A program made the position numbers and the translations under genes. DNA of 64,000 nucleotides from an uncultured Actinomycetota bacterium (GTDB lineage Bacteria; Actinomycetota; Humimicrobiia; Humimicrobiales; Humimicrobiaceae), in assembly GCA_964578625.1 (NCBI GenBank), contig CAZODQ010000005.1, positions 1,260 through 65,259 of the forward strand, given 5' to 3'. Below, one piece after another: positions 19,122 through 29,381 of the stretch (its first letter is position 1; every line of letters begins with the position of its first letter). Below the pieces are notes generated by a model. The model had not been told where the DNA came from. It saw only the letters and a list, made by a program, of their open reading frames with translations, and did not search any database.

Positions 19122-21863
19122 TTATATCTTCTTCAAATCAACGGCGCAGACTTTAAATTCCGGGATCTTTGCTTTAGGATCCAATGCAGGATTGGTCAAA
19201 ATATTGGCAGGAGAATCTGCATAATGGAATGGTATAAATACCACTCCTTTTTTGATTCTTGGGCTTACTAATGAAGATGCTGCAATCTTACCTCTTTTTG
19301 ATCTTACTTCTACTCTGTCTCCACTCTTGATTCCGAGATTTTCCGCATCCTCTGAATTGATGTGTACCAGATTTGCAGGTGCGATTTCATTTAAACCTTT
19401 GACTTTACCGGTCATTGTCCTGGTATGAAACTGATACAGGATCCTGCCGGTAGTTAGGATATAGGGATATTCTTTGTTAGTTGTCTCTGCTGGAGGTGAA
19501 TGCTTTACGGGGATAAACCTGCCTTTTCCTCTGCTAAATACATTTGAATGTAAAACACTTGTGCCAGGGTCATTATAGTTTCTGCAGGGCCACTGCAGGG
19601 CTTTCTTTTCAAGTCGGTGGTAGCTTATACCGCCGTAAATAGGAGCAAGGTCGGCAATCTCGTCCATAATTTCGGAAGTATTATTATAATTCATGGGATA
19701 ACCCATCATATTTGACAGCATACAGATGATTTTCCAGTCGGGAATGGCACTGCCAGGCGCATCAACTGCCTTCCTTACTCTCTGGATTCTTCTGTCTGTG
19801 TTTGTGAAGGTCCCCTCTTTTTCAGCAAAACAGGTACCCGGCAGGACCACATCGGCAAATTCTCCCGTTTCGGTTAAAAAGATATCCTGGACCACAAACA
19901 TATCAAGCTTCTTTAGAGATTCAGCTACGTGTAGCAGATCCGGGTCACTGAGCATCATATTTTCTCCCATTACGTAAATAGCCTTTATTCTGCCTGAATT
20001 TGCACCATCGATTATTTCGGTTACCGTAAGACCTTTGGTCGATGGTAAGGTTTTCTTCCATTTCTCTTCAAATTTTAGTTTCAAGTCGTTGTTTTCTACA
20101 GACTGATATCCGCATAACAGATCAGGAAGTGCACCCATATCGCATGCTCCCTGTACATTGTTCTGACCCCTTAAAGGATTCACTCCTGTTCCCTTTCTGC
20201 CGATATTACCGGTCATCATTGCCAGGTCTGCCAGAGCAATGACGTTATCGGTACCACAGGTATGTTGGGTAATGCCCATTGCATAGAAGATGGAAGCATT
20301 TTTAGCAGAACCGTAGACTTTTGCTGCCTTGATAAGATCCTGCCTGTCGACTCCGGAAATCCTTGCAGCTTTTTCCGCGGTATATGATGAAAAACATTTT
20401 ATAAACTCATCGAAATTCTCGGTTCTGTCTTTGATAAATATTTTATCGTATAGATTATTATCATATATCATCTTTGCCAGCCCTAAAATAACGGCTATGT
20501 CCGTACCCGGTTTCTGTCTTAAATGTATGGTCGCATATTTTGTGATGGGAATATTCCGGGGATCAATTACGATCAGCTTAAGCCCGTTTTCCTGAACACA
20601 TCTTATGATCTCATAGCCTATGACCGGATGAGTCTCTGTTGTATTTGAACCTATTATTATTGCAGCATCGGAATACTTTATATCATCGACCGAATTGGTC
20701 ATTGCTCCGCTTCCAAAAGTGGGTATCAAGCCTGTGACCGTCGATGCATGGCACAGCCTTGCACAGTGATCTATATTATTGGTACCTATTACCGCACGGG
20801 CGAATTTGGACATCAGGAAATTTTCCTCATTGGTGCATTTGGCAGAACTTAAGACTCCAATGGAATCCGGACCGTATTTTTCCTTTATTGCGGTGAGCTT
20901 ATCAGAAATGATACCAAGTGCCTTTTTCCAGCTTACACTTTTGAATTTACCTTCTTTTGTTTTTATCATAGGGGATTTTAGCCTCTTGGGGCTGCCCACA
21001 AAGTCCATGCCGAATTTTCCCTTGACACATAAGTTACCCCTGTTTACATGCTTTCCAATTTCAGAGGTAACATTTACAATCTGGTTATCTTTTATATGCA
21101 GGTCTATTACACAGCCGACCCCGCAGTAGGGACAGGTGGTCCGGACTTTTACCGATTCCCAGATACGACCTTTTTTAATATAAGTTTTAGACTGAAGAGC
21201 ACCGACGGGGCAGGTAGAAATACAATTCCCGCATAAAACACAATCTGTTTTTTTTAGCGACTGCTCAAAAGCAGGAACTATTTCGCATTCAAAGCCCCTT
21301 CCGGCATAGCCGATAGCGTTTGCGCCGACAACATCATCACATATCCTTACACATCTTCCGCATAGTATACATTTCGCATTATCTCTTAATATAAATGGGT
21401 TATCCATAAGGACTTTTTTTTCATGCACCTTACCGCGGTAAGTGATATCCTTGATGTTATAAATATAGGCAAGGTCCTGAAGGATACAGTTACCGCAGGA
21501 TTCACAGGTTATACAGTCCAGAGGATGGTCCGATAAGATAAGTTCAAGATTTACTCTGACAAGCTCATTTAGATGGGGGGTGTTTGTTTTAATCCTCATT
21601 CCTTCCCGTACCTTTGTTACACATGAGGCAACCACTTCAGGTATCCCTTCTACTTCAACAAGGCAGAGCCTGCAGGCACCCTGGGGTTTGAGCCTGAGGT
21701 CAAAACAGAGGTGAGGTATAAAAATATTATTGTCCAGACAGGTTTCTAAAATACTTTTTCCCTGTAAGGTATATATTGCCCTATTATTGATGTAGATTTT
21801 AATTTGTTGGCTTATGCTGTCTTTATTTTTACTGATTTCTTTTGATGGTCTTTTTTCTAGCAT
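19122..21863 (-). CDS. fdhA: formate dehydrogenase catalytic (alpha) subunit, molybdopterin-dependent, Cys-type, with NuoG-like N-terminal 2Fe-2S and 4Fe-4S domains
   Basis: The N-terminus has CFDLRLKPQGACRLC (2Fe-2S) plus ferredoxin 4Fe-4S motifs. A molybdopterin oxidoreductase domain follows. The HCARLCHAST segment has Cys at the position that carries Sec or Cys in FdhF. There are no in-frame TGA codons. Confidence 0.85.
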   Translation of the reverse strand: MLEKRPSKEISKNKDSISQQIKIYINNRAIYTLQGKSILETCLDNNIFIPHLCFDLRLKPQGACRLCLVEVEGIPEVVASCVTKVREGMRIKTNTPHLNELVRVNLELILSDHPLDCITCESCGNCILQDLAYIYNIKDITYRGKVHEKKVLMDNPFILRDNAKCILCGRCVRICDDVVGANAIGYAGRGFECEIVPAFEQSLKKTDCVLCGNCISTCPVGALQSKTYIKKGRIWESVKVRTTCPYCGVGCVIDLHIKDNQIVNVTSEIGKHVNRGNLCVKGKFGMDFVGSPKRLKSPMIKTKEGKFKSVSWKKALGIISDKLTAIKEKYGPDSIGVLSSAKCTNEENFLMSKFARAVIGTNNIDHCARLCHASTVTGLIPTFGSGAMTNSVDDIKYSDAAIIIGSNTTETHPVIGYEIIRCVQENGLKLIVIDPRNIPITKYATIHLRQKPGTDIAVILGLAKMIYDNNLYDKIFIKDRTENFDEFIKCFSSYTAEKAARISGVDRQDLIKAAKVYGSAKNASIFYAMGITQHTCGTDNVIALADLAMMTGNIGRKGTGVNPLRGQNNVQGACDMGALPDLLCGYQSVENNDLKLKFEEKWKKTLPSTKGLTVTEIIDGANSGRIKAIYVMGENMMLSDPDLLHVAESLKKLDMFVVQDIFLTETGEFADVVLPGTCFAEKEGTFTNTDRRIQRVRKAVDAPGSAIPDWKIICMLSNMMGYPMNYNNTSEIMDEIADLAPIYGGISYHRLEKKALQWPCRNYNDPGTSVLHSNVFSRGKGRFIPVKHSPPAETTNKEYPYILTTGRILYQFHTRTMTGKVKGLNEIAPANLVHINSEDAENLGIKSGDRVEVRSKRGKIAASSLVSPRIKKGVVFIPFHYADSPANILTNPALDPKAKIPEFKVCAVDLKKI

Positions 21864-21896
21864 TTGAACCTGCTTTTTGCCATTTCTAAATTATAA

Positions 21897-24800
21897 TCAC
21901 ATTGCCATATCAGATAGTGATTTAATCGCTTTTTCTCCGTCTTTGGTCTCTAAGTCACATCTGAGGCAGCGCCTGGCTTCTCTTACAGCTTCCTCTTCAG
22001 TTATATTTAAATTGACTTCATTGAAATTCTTTATTCTATCACCTGCAGGCAGACAGGGTACCATAGGTCTTACTGCTTCTTTGGTTTCTTTTTCCGACGA
22101 TTCGACATAAGGCGGTATGTACCTTGAAGGCCGTGTCAGTTTATATTCTCTTACCAATTCTTTCCCTTTGATATATTTGTCAATCATCTCCGCTGCAATG
22201 TTGCCGGCTGACATAGCATTTATTACAGTACCGGGTCCGGTAACAACATCTCCACCTGCGAAAACTCCTTTCATATTTGTGGCCAGGGTTTCCGGACATA
22301 CTGCTATTGAACCTGTTTGGGAGATTTCCACACTCTTTTTTTTACCGAGACAGTAAAGGTCGGGCTCTTCTCCTATTGCAACGATTAAGTTATCAAGATC
22401 GATGACCGATTCCGAACCTTTAATGGGGATGGGTCTTCTTCTGCCGGTTTCATCAGGTTCACCGAGCTTCATTTTTATACATTTGACTCCTGTGATCTTT
22501 CCGGCTTTGGTCATTATTCCTACAGGTGCTGTAAGGAACTTGATTTCAACCCCTTCTTCTATTGCAGCATTTATCTCTTCCTCGAGCGCAGGCATTTCTT
22601 TTCTTGTTCTCCGGTAAAGTATAATGACTTTCCTGCAGTCTTTGACTCTTAATGCAGACCTGGCCGAGTCTATGGCAGAATTACCGCCTCCGATGATCCC
22701 TACTTTTTTACCTATACTGACTTTTTCATTACATTTTATATCTTTTAAAAAGTCCAGAGCATCGATAACGCCCTCTGCATCTTCGTTGGGAATACATAGA
22801 TTTCGTGATTTATGAGCTCCGGTAGCTATAAATACAGCCTTATGGCTTCCCACCAATTCTTTGAATGATATATCTTTTCCAACCTTTGTGTTTGTTTTAA
22901 TTTCTACACCGGCATTTCTGATATTTTCTATATCCATTTCAAGCACATCCGAGGGTAGTCTGTATTCCGGTATATAGGCAGCCAGTGCTCCTCCGGGGAC
23001 ATCCAACTGCTCAAAAATCGTAACATCATATCCTTTACATGCAAGCCTGTAACCGGCTGTCAATCCAGCTGGTCCCGAACCGATTATAGCTACTTTTTCT
23101 CTACCTTGTTTTTGCTCTTTTGGTCTGAGGTATATTCCTTCCTTCAGTGCATATTCGGTGGCAAACTTTTTAAGTGCTCTAATGGCAATAGGACTGCCCC
23201 ACTTTCCGGTCATACATTTGGATTCACAGGGGTGGTGACATACTCTGGCACAAACAGACGGCAGGGGATTATCTTTGAGGATTATATCAAATGCTTCTCT
23301 GAAACGTCTTGCTGCTATTAAAGATATATAGGTTGAAGCTTCCGTATCGATAGGGCATACATGCTGACATGGTGATGAGATTATCTCCCTGCATACAACA
23401 GCGGGACATTTTTTATATCTCACATGTGCTTCGTACTCGTGGTGAAAATAACAGATTGTATTGATCACGGGGTTTGGAGCAGTCTTGCCCAATCCGCACA
23501 AGGAAGTCTCTTTAATTACTGCTGCAAGTTTTTCAAGCTTTTCAATATCATCTTTTTCTCCCTTACCCTGGGTTATTTTCTCAAGTAATTCCAGCATTCT
23601 TCTGGTACCTATTCTGCAGGGAACACATTCACCGCATGATTCTTCCTGTATAAATTCCATGAAATATCTTGCGAGGTCTACCATACAGGTATCTTCATCC
23701 AGGACTATCATACCGCCTGAACCCATTATCGCACCGATTTCCTTGACCTTTTCATAATCTACGGGAATATCAAGGTATTTTTCAGGTATGCATCCTCCCG
23801 ATGGACCTCCTATCTGTACCGCTTTGAATTTTTTACCCTTTTTTAATCCTCCTCCTATTTTAAAGACAATATCTCTAATGGTCATACCCATAGGTACTTC
23901 GACCAGGCCGACATTGTTAACGGCTCCTGCCAGGGCAAATATTTTTGTGCCCTTACTGGTCTCGGTCCCGATGCTGTTAAACCATTTTGCTCCGTTTAAA
24001 ATTATCTGGGGTATATTTGAAAGTGTCTCAACATTATTTATAAGTGTAGGCATTCCGTAAAGGCCTTCCTGTGCGGGAAACGGAGGTCTTGGTCTGGGCA
24101 TTCCCCTTTTCCCCTCAATAGACTGTATCAGAGCAGTTTCTTCACCGCACACAAATGCACCGGCACCCTGATATATCTCTGCATCGAAACTAAAACCGCT
24201 GCCAAGTATGTTTTTTCCGATAAGACCGTAATCCCTTGCCTGCCTTATAGCATACTCAAGAGTCCTGACTGCAAGGGGATATTCTATCCTTATATACAGA
24301 TAGCCTTTATTTGAACCAATGGCAAAAGCTGCTATTAACATTCCTTCTAGAATGGAATGGGGATCGGATTCAAGCAGGTTTCTATCCATAAATGCACCGG
24401 GATCTCCTTCATCACCGTTGCATATTACATACTTGATCCCGCTTGCTGATTCTGCATTTCTGCAAAATTCCCATTTTATACCGGTAGGGAAACCTGCGCC
24501 ACCCCTTCCCCGCAAACCTGATTCTTTAATGATTTTAATTATCTTTTCGGGACTGCCGGATTCAATAGCCAGGACTAGAGCGGAGTAACCGTCTTTTACA
24601 ATGTAGTCTTCTATCCTAAAGGGGTTGATTTTACCCCTGTTTCTAAGGACTCTTGATTCCTGGTACCTGTAAAAGTTTGCCAGCTCAGAATCTTCTGTTA
24701 TTGGATCAAGTTCTTTCGGTATTATACCGTTATCTATGTGGCTTTTAAATATCCTTTTTACCTTATCACTGTCAAGACTGTGATAGGTGACCGTCGGAAG

Positions 24801-25073
24801 GTTGTATGATTCAACAGTCAGCATCGGTTCAAGGGCGCAGAATCCAACGCACCCTGAGGTGGTAAATTCAATATTGCTTCTTTTTCCGGAGGCCATTTCC
24901 TCTTTGACTGAATTTTGTATTGTTTCTGCTCCTGAAGCTATGCCACATGTTCCGAGATGAACGGTTATCCTGTATTTGTTTTTTCTGCTTGTAAGGACTT
25001 TTTTCCTGTTTAACTCTTCCTTTATATTTTTAAGGTCCTCTTTATTTTTTATTTTCAAAGATTTTTTATTCAA
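21897..25073 (-). CDS. 1058-aa fusion: Trx-like [2Fe-2S] domain + NuoF-like NAD(H)/FMN/[4Fe-4S] flavoprotein + GltD-like (glutamate synthase small-subunit type) Fe-S/FAD/NAD(P)H oxidoreductase domain
   Basis: The NuoF part shows GLRGRGGAGFPTGIKWE and ESCGECVPCRIG. Cys clusters (CPAVVCREIISSPC...CARVCHHPCESKC) are followed by GltD-type dinucleotide folds (VAIIGSGPAGLTAGY and VGIIGGGNSAIDSA). Confidence 0.8.
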   Translation of the reverse strand: MNKKSLKIKNKEDLKNIKEELNRKKVLTSRKNKYRITVHLGTCGIASGAETIQNSVKEEMASGKRSNIEFTTSGCVGFCALEPMLTVESYNLPTVTYHSLDSDKVKRIFKSHIDNGIIPKELDPITEDSELANFYRYQESRVLRNRGKINPFRIEDYIVKDGYSALVLAIESGSPEKIIKIIKESGLRGRGGAGFPTGIKWEFCRNAESASGIKYVICNGDEGDPGAFMDRNLLESDPHSILEGMLIAAFAIGSNKGYLYIRIEYPLAVRTLEYAIRQARDYGLIGKNILGSGFSFDAEIYQGAGAFVCGEETALIQSIEGKRGMPRPRPPFPAQEGLYGMPTLINNVETLSNIPQIILNGAKWFNSIGTETSKGTKIFALAGAVNNVGLVEVPMGMTIRDIVFKIGGGLKKGKKFKAVQIGGPSGGCIPEKYLDIPVDYEKVKEIGAIMGSGGMIVLDEDTCMVDLARYFMEFIQEESCGECVPCRIGTRRMLELLEKITQGKGEKDDIEKLEKLAAVIKETSLCGLGKTAPNPVINTICYFHHEYEAHVRYKKCPAVVCREIISSPCQHVCPIDTEASTYISLIAARRFREAFDIILKDNPLPSVCARVCHHPCESKCMTGKWGSPIAIRALKKFATEYALKEGIYLRPKEQKQGREKVAIIGSGPAGLTAGYRLACKGYDVTIFEQLDVPGGALAAYIPEYRLPSDVLEMDIENIRNAGVEIKTNTKVGKDISFKELVGSHKAVFIATGAHKSRNLCIPNEDAEGVIDALDFLKDIKCNEKVSIGKKVGIIGGGNSAIDSARSALRVKDCRKVIILYRRTRKEMPALEEEINAAIEEGVEIKFLTAPVGIMTKAGKITGVKCIKMKLGEPDETGRRRPIPIKGSESVIDLDNLIVAIGEEPDLYCLGKKKSVEISQTGSIAVCPETLATNMKGVFAGGDVVTGPGTVINAMSAGNIAAEMIDKYIKGKELVREYKLTRPSRYIPPYVESSEKETKEAVRPMVPCLPAGDRIKNFNEVNLNITEEEAVREARRCLRCDLETKDGEKAIKSLSDMAM

Positions 25074-25089
25074 TTAATTGCTTTCTTTA

Positions 25090-25581
25090 TTATTTCCGGG
25101 AATAAATAAGATCCATAACTTCTTTAGGATTGACCTTTTGGTGTATTTTATCATTAATCACAACTGTAGGTGCAAGACCGCAGGCACCAAGGCAGCGGTT
25201 AATTTGCAGCGAGTACTTCCTGTCCGCTGTAGTTTGACCTGGTTTAATTTCAAGTTCTTTTACAATCTTATCAACTATTCTCTTGCCGCCTTTAACAAAA
25301 CATGCAGTACCAAGGCAGACCCTTATATTGTTTTTTCCTCTTGGGATCATTGAAAAGAAAGAATAGAAGGTGGAGACGCCGTAAACATCCTTTTCGGGAA
25401 TACCGAGTACTTTTGCAACTTTTTTCTGGATTTCCACCGGAATAAATCCGATATCTTTCTGGATCGCCTGCAATACTGGTATCAGCGCTCCTTTTTTACC
25501 TTTATATTCTTTTAATGTTTTATCGATTTTTCTGATTTCTTCAGATTTTAACTCATATTTCGGCAGACCGGTAATTTGCAT
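25090..25581 (-). CDS. NuoE-like 24-kDa [2Fe-2S] subunit (FdhG/HndA type), first gene of the minus-strand formate dehydrogenase operon
   Basis: RVCLGTACFVKGG...INRCLGACGLAPTVVIND carries the NuoE Cys pattern. The protein is 163 aa. Confidence 0.85.
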   Translation of the reverse strand: MQITGLPKYELKSEEIRKIDKTLKEYKGKKGALIPVLQAIQKDIGFIPVEIQKKVAKVLGIPEKDVYGVSTFYSFFSMIPRGKNNIRVCLGTACFVKGGKRIVDKIVKELEIKPGQTTADRKYSLQINRCLGACGLAPTVVINDKIHQKVNPKEVMDLIYSRK

Positions 25582-25761
25582 GGTATTCCTTTCAGGAGAT
25601 TAAAGAACAATAATTCAGTAAAACTTTACCATAGATTTATTCTCAAAGATTATAACAAAATATTTTTAATAATTGTAATGTATTTGCTATTATTAAACAT
25701 AGAAAATCTGAAATTATATTTTCTGCAATAAATAAAGGGTCAAACGTCTTATAACAGTATA

Positions 25762-26952
25762 GTGTATTTAAGGAAATTAGAATTAAAAAATTATAGAAAT
25801 TACAGTGATGTAAGCTTAAATTTTGATAAGAATACTGTTCTTATACTTGGAAATAATGGTAATGGTAAAACAAACCTGCTGGAATCTATTCATTATTTAT
25901 CCACCGGTAAGTCTCACAGGACCTACAGCCAGGACGAGATCATCAAATGGGGAAGTGATTGTTCTATAATAAGAGCCCTGGTCGGATCCGATGAAAGCGA
26001 TAAAAAAGACTGCCTTATAGAAATTGAACTGTGCAGGGAAAATAGTATTAAGATAAGAGTCGATGAAATATACTGCAGGAAAAAATCGGATTTTATTTCC
26101 ATTCTTCCTTCGATTATATTTTCTCCAGATGATCTTAAGATTGTAAAATCAGGACCATCAGACAGGAGAAATTTTCTTGATTCAATACTGGAAAGGATAG
26201 ATAAGCAGTATTTCAGGCAGCGCCTGCAGTACAACAAAATCCTTACCCAGAGAAGCAGTTTGATTAAAAGTATTAGCGGAGGGACAAAAGATATTACCGA
26301 TTCGACACTGGAAACATGGAATGAAAATATGGTCAAATATGGGACTGGGATAATAGAGAAAAGGTATAAGCTGCTGTCTGAATTCAGGAACGAGTTTAGG
26401 GATTATGTAAGTAGTTTCTTTAAGGAAGCTGAGGTAGATCTCTTTTATATATTCAGCTGGGAGAGGGGAGATGACTTATACTCATATAACTTCATAAATC
26501 TTTCAAATAGCGGAAGCAGGGAGAAAGATATTTTTTTGGAGGGTGACCTGAAGGATATATTCAGCCGGAAGCTGAAACAAAGCCTGGAAAGGGACCTTAT
26601 TTATAAAACTACGACTGTCGGGCCGCATAGAGACGATTTTGTTATCTTACTGAATGGTAAAAATATAAGGTCTTTTGGCTCACAAGGCCAGCAGAGGATC
26701 GCTTCAATAAGCCTAAAACTTTGTGAGCTGAATATCCTGAAGAGGAGATTTAAAAAAGATCCGGTACTTCTTCTGGATGATGTGTTCTCGGAACTTGATA
26801 TTGATAGAAAAAAGATATTGGTAAAAGCTATCGGCGGCGGCTTTCAGACGTTTGTGACAGCAACGAATATCAGTTACATTGATAAACTGGATCTGGAGTT
26901 TGGAAACAAGTTTTTAATAAAGGGTAATAAAATTGCAGTCTCTGGCTTGTAG
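25762..26952 (+). CDS. recF: DNA replication and repair protein RecF
   Basis: N-terminus MYLRKLELKNYRNY, Walker A GNNGNGKTNLLE, and the conserved downstream synteny with DUF721 and gyrB. Confidence 0.85.
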   Translation: MYLRKLELKNYRNYSDVSLNFDKNTVLILGNNGNGKTNLLESIHYLSTGKSHRTYSQDEIIKWGSDCSIIRALVGSDESDKKDCLIEIELCRENSIKIRVDEIYCRKKSDFISILPSIIFSPDDLKIVKSGPSDRRNFLDSILERIDKQYFRQRLQYNKILTQRSSLIKSISGGTKDITDSTLETWNENMVKYGTGIIEKRYKLLSEFRNEFRDYVSSFFKEAEVDLFYIFSWERGDDLYSYNFINLSNSGSREKDIFLEGDLKDIFSRKLKQSLERDLIYKTTTVGPHRDDFVILLNGKNIRSFGSQGQQRIASISLKLCELNILKRRFKKDPVLLLDDVFSELDIDRKKILVKAIGGGFQTFVTATNISYIDKLDLEFGNKFLIKGNKIAVSGL

Positions 26953-26958
26953 ACCGGG

Positions 26959-27267
26959 GTGTATAATAAGATTATGAAAAATTTTGAAGATATAAGAAGT
27001 ATAATAGGAGATGTCGTAAAAAGATCAAATATGAGACAGAGGTTAAACATATCCAATATCTTTAATCATTGGGAGGAGATTGTCGGTACTGAAATATATA
27101 AAAAAACAAAGCCCGAAAGAATAACCGGGGGAACATTGTATTTATCGGTTTCAACTTCTATATGGGCAAATGAACTGAGTCTCATGTCCGACAAATTGAT
27201 TGAAAAAATCAATTCATTTATCGGTGAAGAAGTAGTTAAAAATATAAGATTTAGGCAAAATCTTTAG
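26959..27267 (+). CDS. DUF721 (YaaB/RemB-like) protein
   Basis: A small protein between recF and gyrB, as in Firmicutes origin regions. The sequence is consistent with DUF721. Confidence 0.6.
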   Translation: MYNKIMKNFEDIRSIIGDVVKRSNMRQRLNISNIFNHWEEIVGTEIYKKTKPERITGGTLYLSVSTSIWANELSLMSDKLIEKINSFIGEEVVKNIRFRQNL

Positions 27268-27464
27268 CCTATTTTAGGCAAATTTGAAGTGAAATATGGT
27301 ATAATATTTAGAGGCTAAAATAGCATAGTTATCAGGCATTTTTTTGGGAAAATATTTACATTTAAGCAAGAAAGGGTAATGGATATCAAAGTATTTTTAA
27401 AGTCTGCTTATTGCCCTTTATCAATATTCTAAAGAGGAAATTATACATTTAAGAGGAGATTTTT

Positions 27465-29369
27465 TTGAAAAAATCAAGTTATGATGCTAAGGATATAACA
27501 GTTTTGGAAGGGCTCTCCGCAGTAAGAAAGAGACCAAGTATGTACATAGGTTCAACGGGGTCCAGGGGCCTGCACCATCTCATATATGAGGTTATAGATA
27601 ACAGCATTGATGAAGCAATGGCCGGGTTCTGTGATAATGTGCTGGTTATATTAAATAAAGATAATTCGGTCACTGAGGTAGATAATGGAAGAGGGATACC
27701 TGTAAAGAAGGTTTCAAAATTTAATAAACCTGCAGTGGAAATAGTGCTTACCAAGCTGCATGCCGGTGGTAAATTCGGCGGAGAAGGATATAAAGTATCA
27801 GGAGGACTTCACGGCGTAGGGGTTTCCGTAGTAAATGCCTTGTCGGAAAAATTAAATGTTGAAGTAAGAAGAGACGGTTATATTTACAAGCAGGATTACA
27901 AACGGGGGAAACCAATAAACGAACTTGCGAAGGGTGAAAAGACTTCTTCTCACGGTACGGCGATTACATTTTACCCTGACAGGGAAATATTCGAGGATAT
28001 AGATTATAAGTTCGAGATACTGGCAAGCAGGATGAAGGAGATGGCTTTTCTTAACAAAGGATTAAAGATCAGCCTGCTGGATAAAAGAGGGGAATCTGAA
28101 AAGAAAGAGATATATCAGTATGACGGCGGAATAGTTGATTTTGTGAAATATTTATGCGAAAAAAAGGATATCCTGCATAAAAAACCTATATATATAAAAA
28201 ACGAAGTAGGAAGCCATGAACTAGAAATAGCGATGCAGTATACCACAGGTTACTCGGAGAGTATCTTTTCATTTGCAAACAATATAAATACTACGGAAGG
28301 CGGGACTCACCTCAGCGGTTTTAAGGGAGCTATAACAAGGACAATAAACGACTATGCACGCAGCAACAATATACTTAAGGAAAAAGATGAAAATTTCCTG
28401 GGAGAAGATATTAGGGAGGGTCTTACTGCAATTATCAGTGTCAAACTAAAGGACCCGCAGTTTGAAGGACAGACCAAGACCAAACTGGGAAACAGCGAGA
28501 TCAAGGGTTTCGTTGAATCAACGGTAAATTCGAAGCTTTCCGAATTCCTTGGAGAGAACCCTGCTGTCGGCAGGATAATAGTGGGTAAATGTATGGATTC
28601 TGCAAGGGCAAGAGCTGCTGCAAAGAAAGCAAAAGACCTGACCAGGAAAAAATCTCTGCTGGAGGGCGGCTCGCTTCCCGGCAAGCTTTCAGATTGTTCT
28701 ATAAGCGACCCAAAATATTGTGAGCTGTTTTTGGTAGAAGGGGATTCTGCAGGAGGCAGTGCAAAGCAGGCAAGGGACAGGAGGTTTCAGGCAATACTGC
28801 CTCTAAAGGGCAAGATTTTAAATGTTGAAAAGGCAAGGTTAAGTAAGATATTAAGCAGTGAAGAGATTCAGGCCATGATTACTGCAATGGGTGCCGGAAT
28901 CGATGAAGATTTTAACATTGAAAATGCCAGGTACCATAAAGTGATAATTATGACAGATGCTGATGTAGACGGAGCCCATATAAGGACATTGATCCTAACT
29001 TTCCTTTACAGATATATGCCAAAATTAATAGAAACCGGATATGTTTATATAGCCCAGCCGCCGCTTTACCAGGTCAAGGATGGCAAAGAAGTCTCTTATG
29101 CGTATAGTGACAAGGAACTGGATAGTATAAAAAAGAAATATAAAGATAAAAAAATAGCCGTGCAGCAGTATAAAGGTCTGGGTGAAATGGATCCGGAGCA
29201 GCTGTGGGAGACAACTATGAATCCGGAAGCGAGGACACTTCTTAAAGTTGAAATCGAAGATGCATTGATTGCAGATGATGTTTTTTCTACTTTAATGGGA
29301 AGCAAGGTAGAGCCGAGGAGAGAATTTATTGAAAAGAACGCCAAGGGTGTATCATTCATAGATATTTAG
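27465..29369 (+). CDS. gyrB: DNA gyrase subunit B
   Basis: GHKL ATPase motifs, a TOPRIM domain (LVEGDSAGGSAKQ), a C-terminal region, and a length of 634 aa. Confidence 0.95.
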   Translation: MKKSSYDAKDITVLEGLSAVRKRPSMYIGSTGSRGLHHLIYEVIDNSIDEAMAGFCDNVLVILNKDNSVTEVDNGRGIPVKKVSKFNKPAVEIVLTKLHAGGKFGGEGYKVSGGLHGVGVSVVNALSEKLNVEVRRDGYIYKQDYKRGKPINELAKGEKTSSHGTAITFYPDREIFEDIDYKFEILASRMKEMAFLNKGLKISLLDKRGESEKKEIYQYDGGIVDFVKYLCEKKDILHKKPIYIKNEVGSHELEIAMQYTTGYSESIFSFANNINTTEGGTHLSGFKGAITRTINDYARSNNILKEKDENFLGEDIREGLTAIISVKLKDPQFEGQTKTKLGNSEIKGFVESTVNSKLSEFLGENPAVGRIIVGKCMDSARARAAAKKAKDLTRKKSLLEGGSLPGKLSDCSISDPKYCELFLVEGDSAGGSAKQARDRRFQAILPLKGKILNVEKARLSKILSSEEIQAMITAMGAGIDEDFNIENARYHKVIIMTDADVDGAHIRTLILTFLYRYMPKLIETGYVYIAQPPLYQVKDGKEVSYAYSDKELDSIKKKYKDKKIAVQQYKGLGEMDPEQLWETTMNPEARTLLKVEIEDALIADDVFSTLMGSKVEPRREFIEKNAKGVSFIDI

Positions 29370-29381
29370 TCGGGAGCATAA

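Noticed and set aside
19122-21863. Possible selenocysteine (TGA-encoded) formate dehydrogenase with a SECIS element.
   Set aside because: The ORF is uninterrupted by TGA. The position equivalent to FdhF Sec140 (HCARLCHAST) carries Cys. It is therefore a Cys-type FDH and no recoding is needed.
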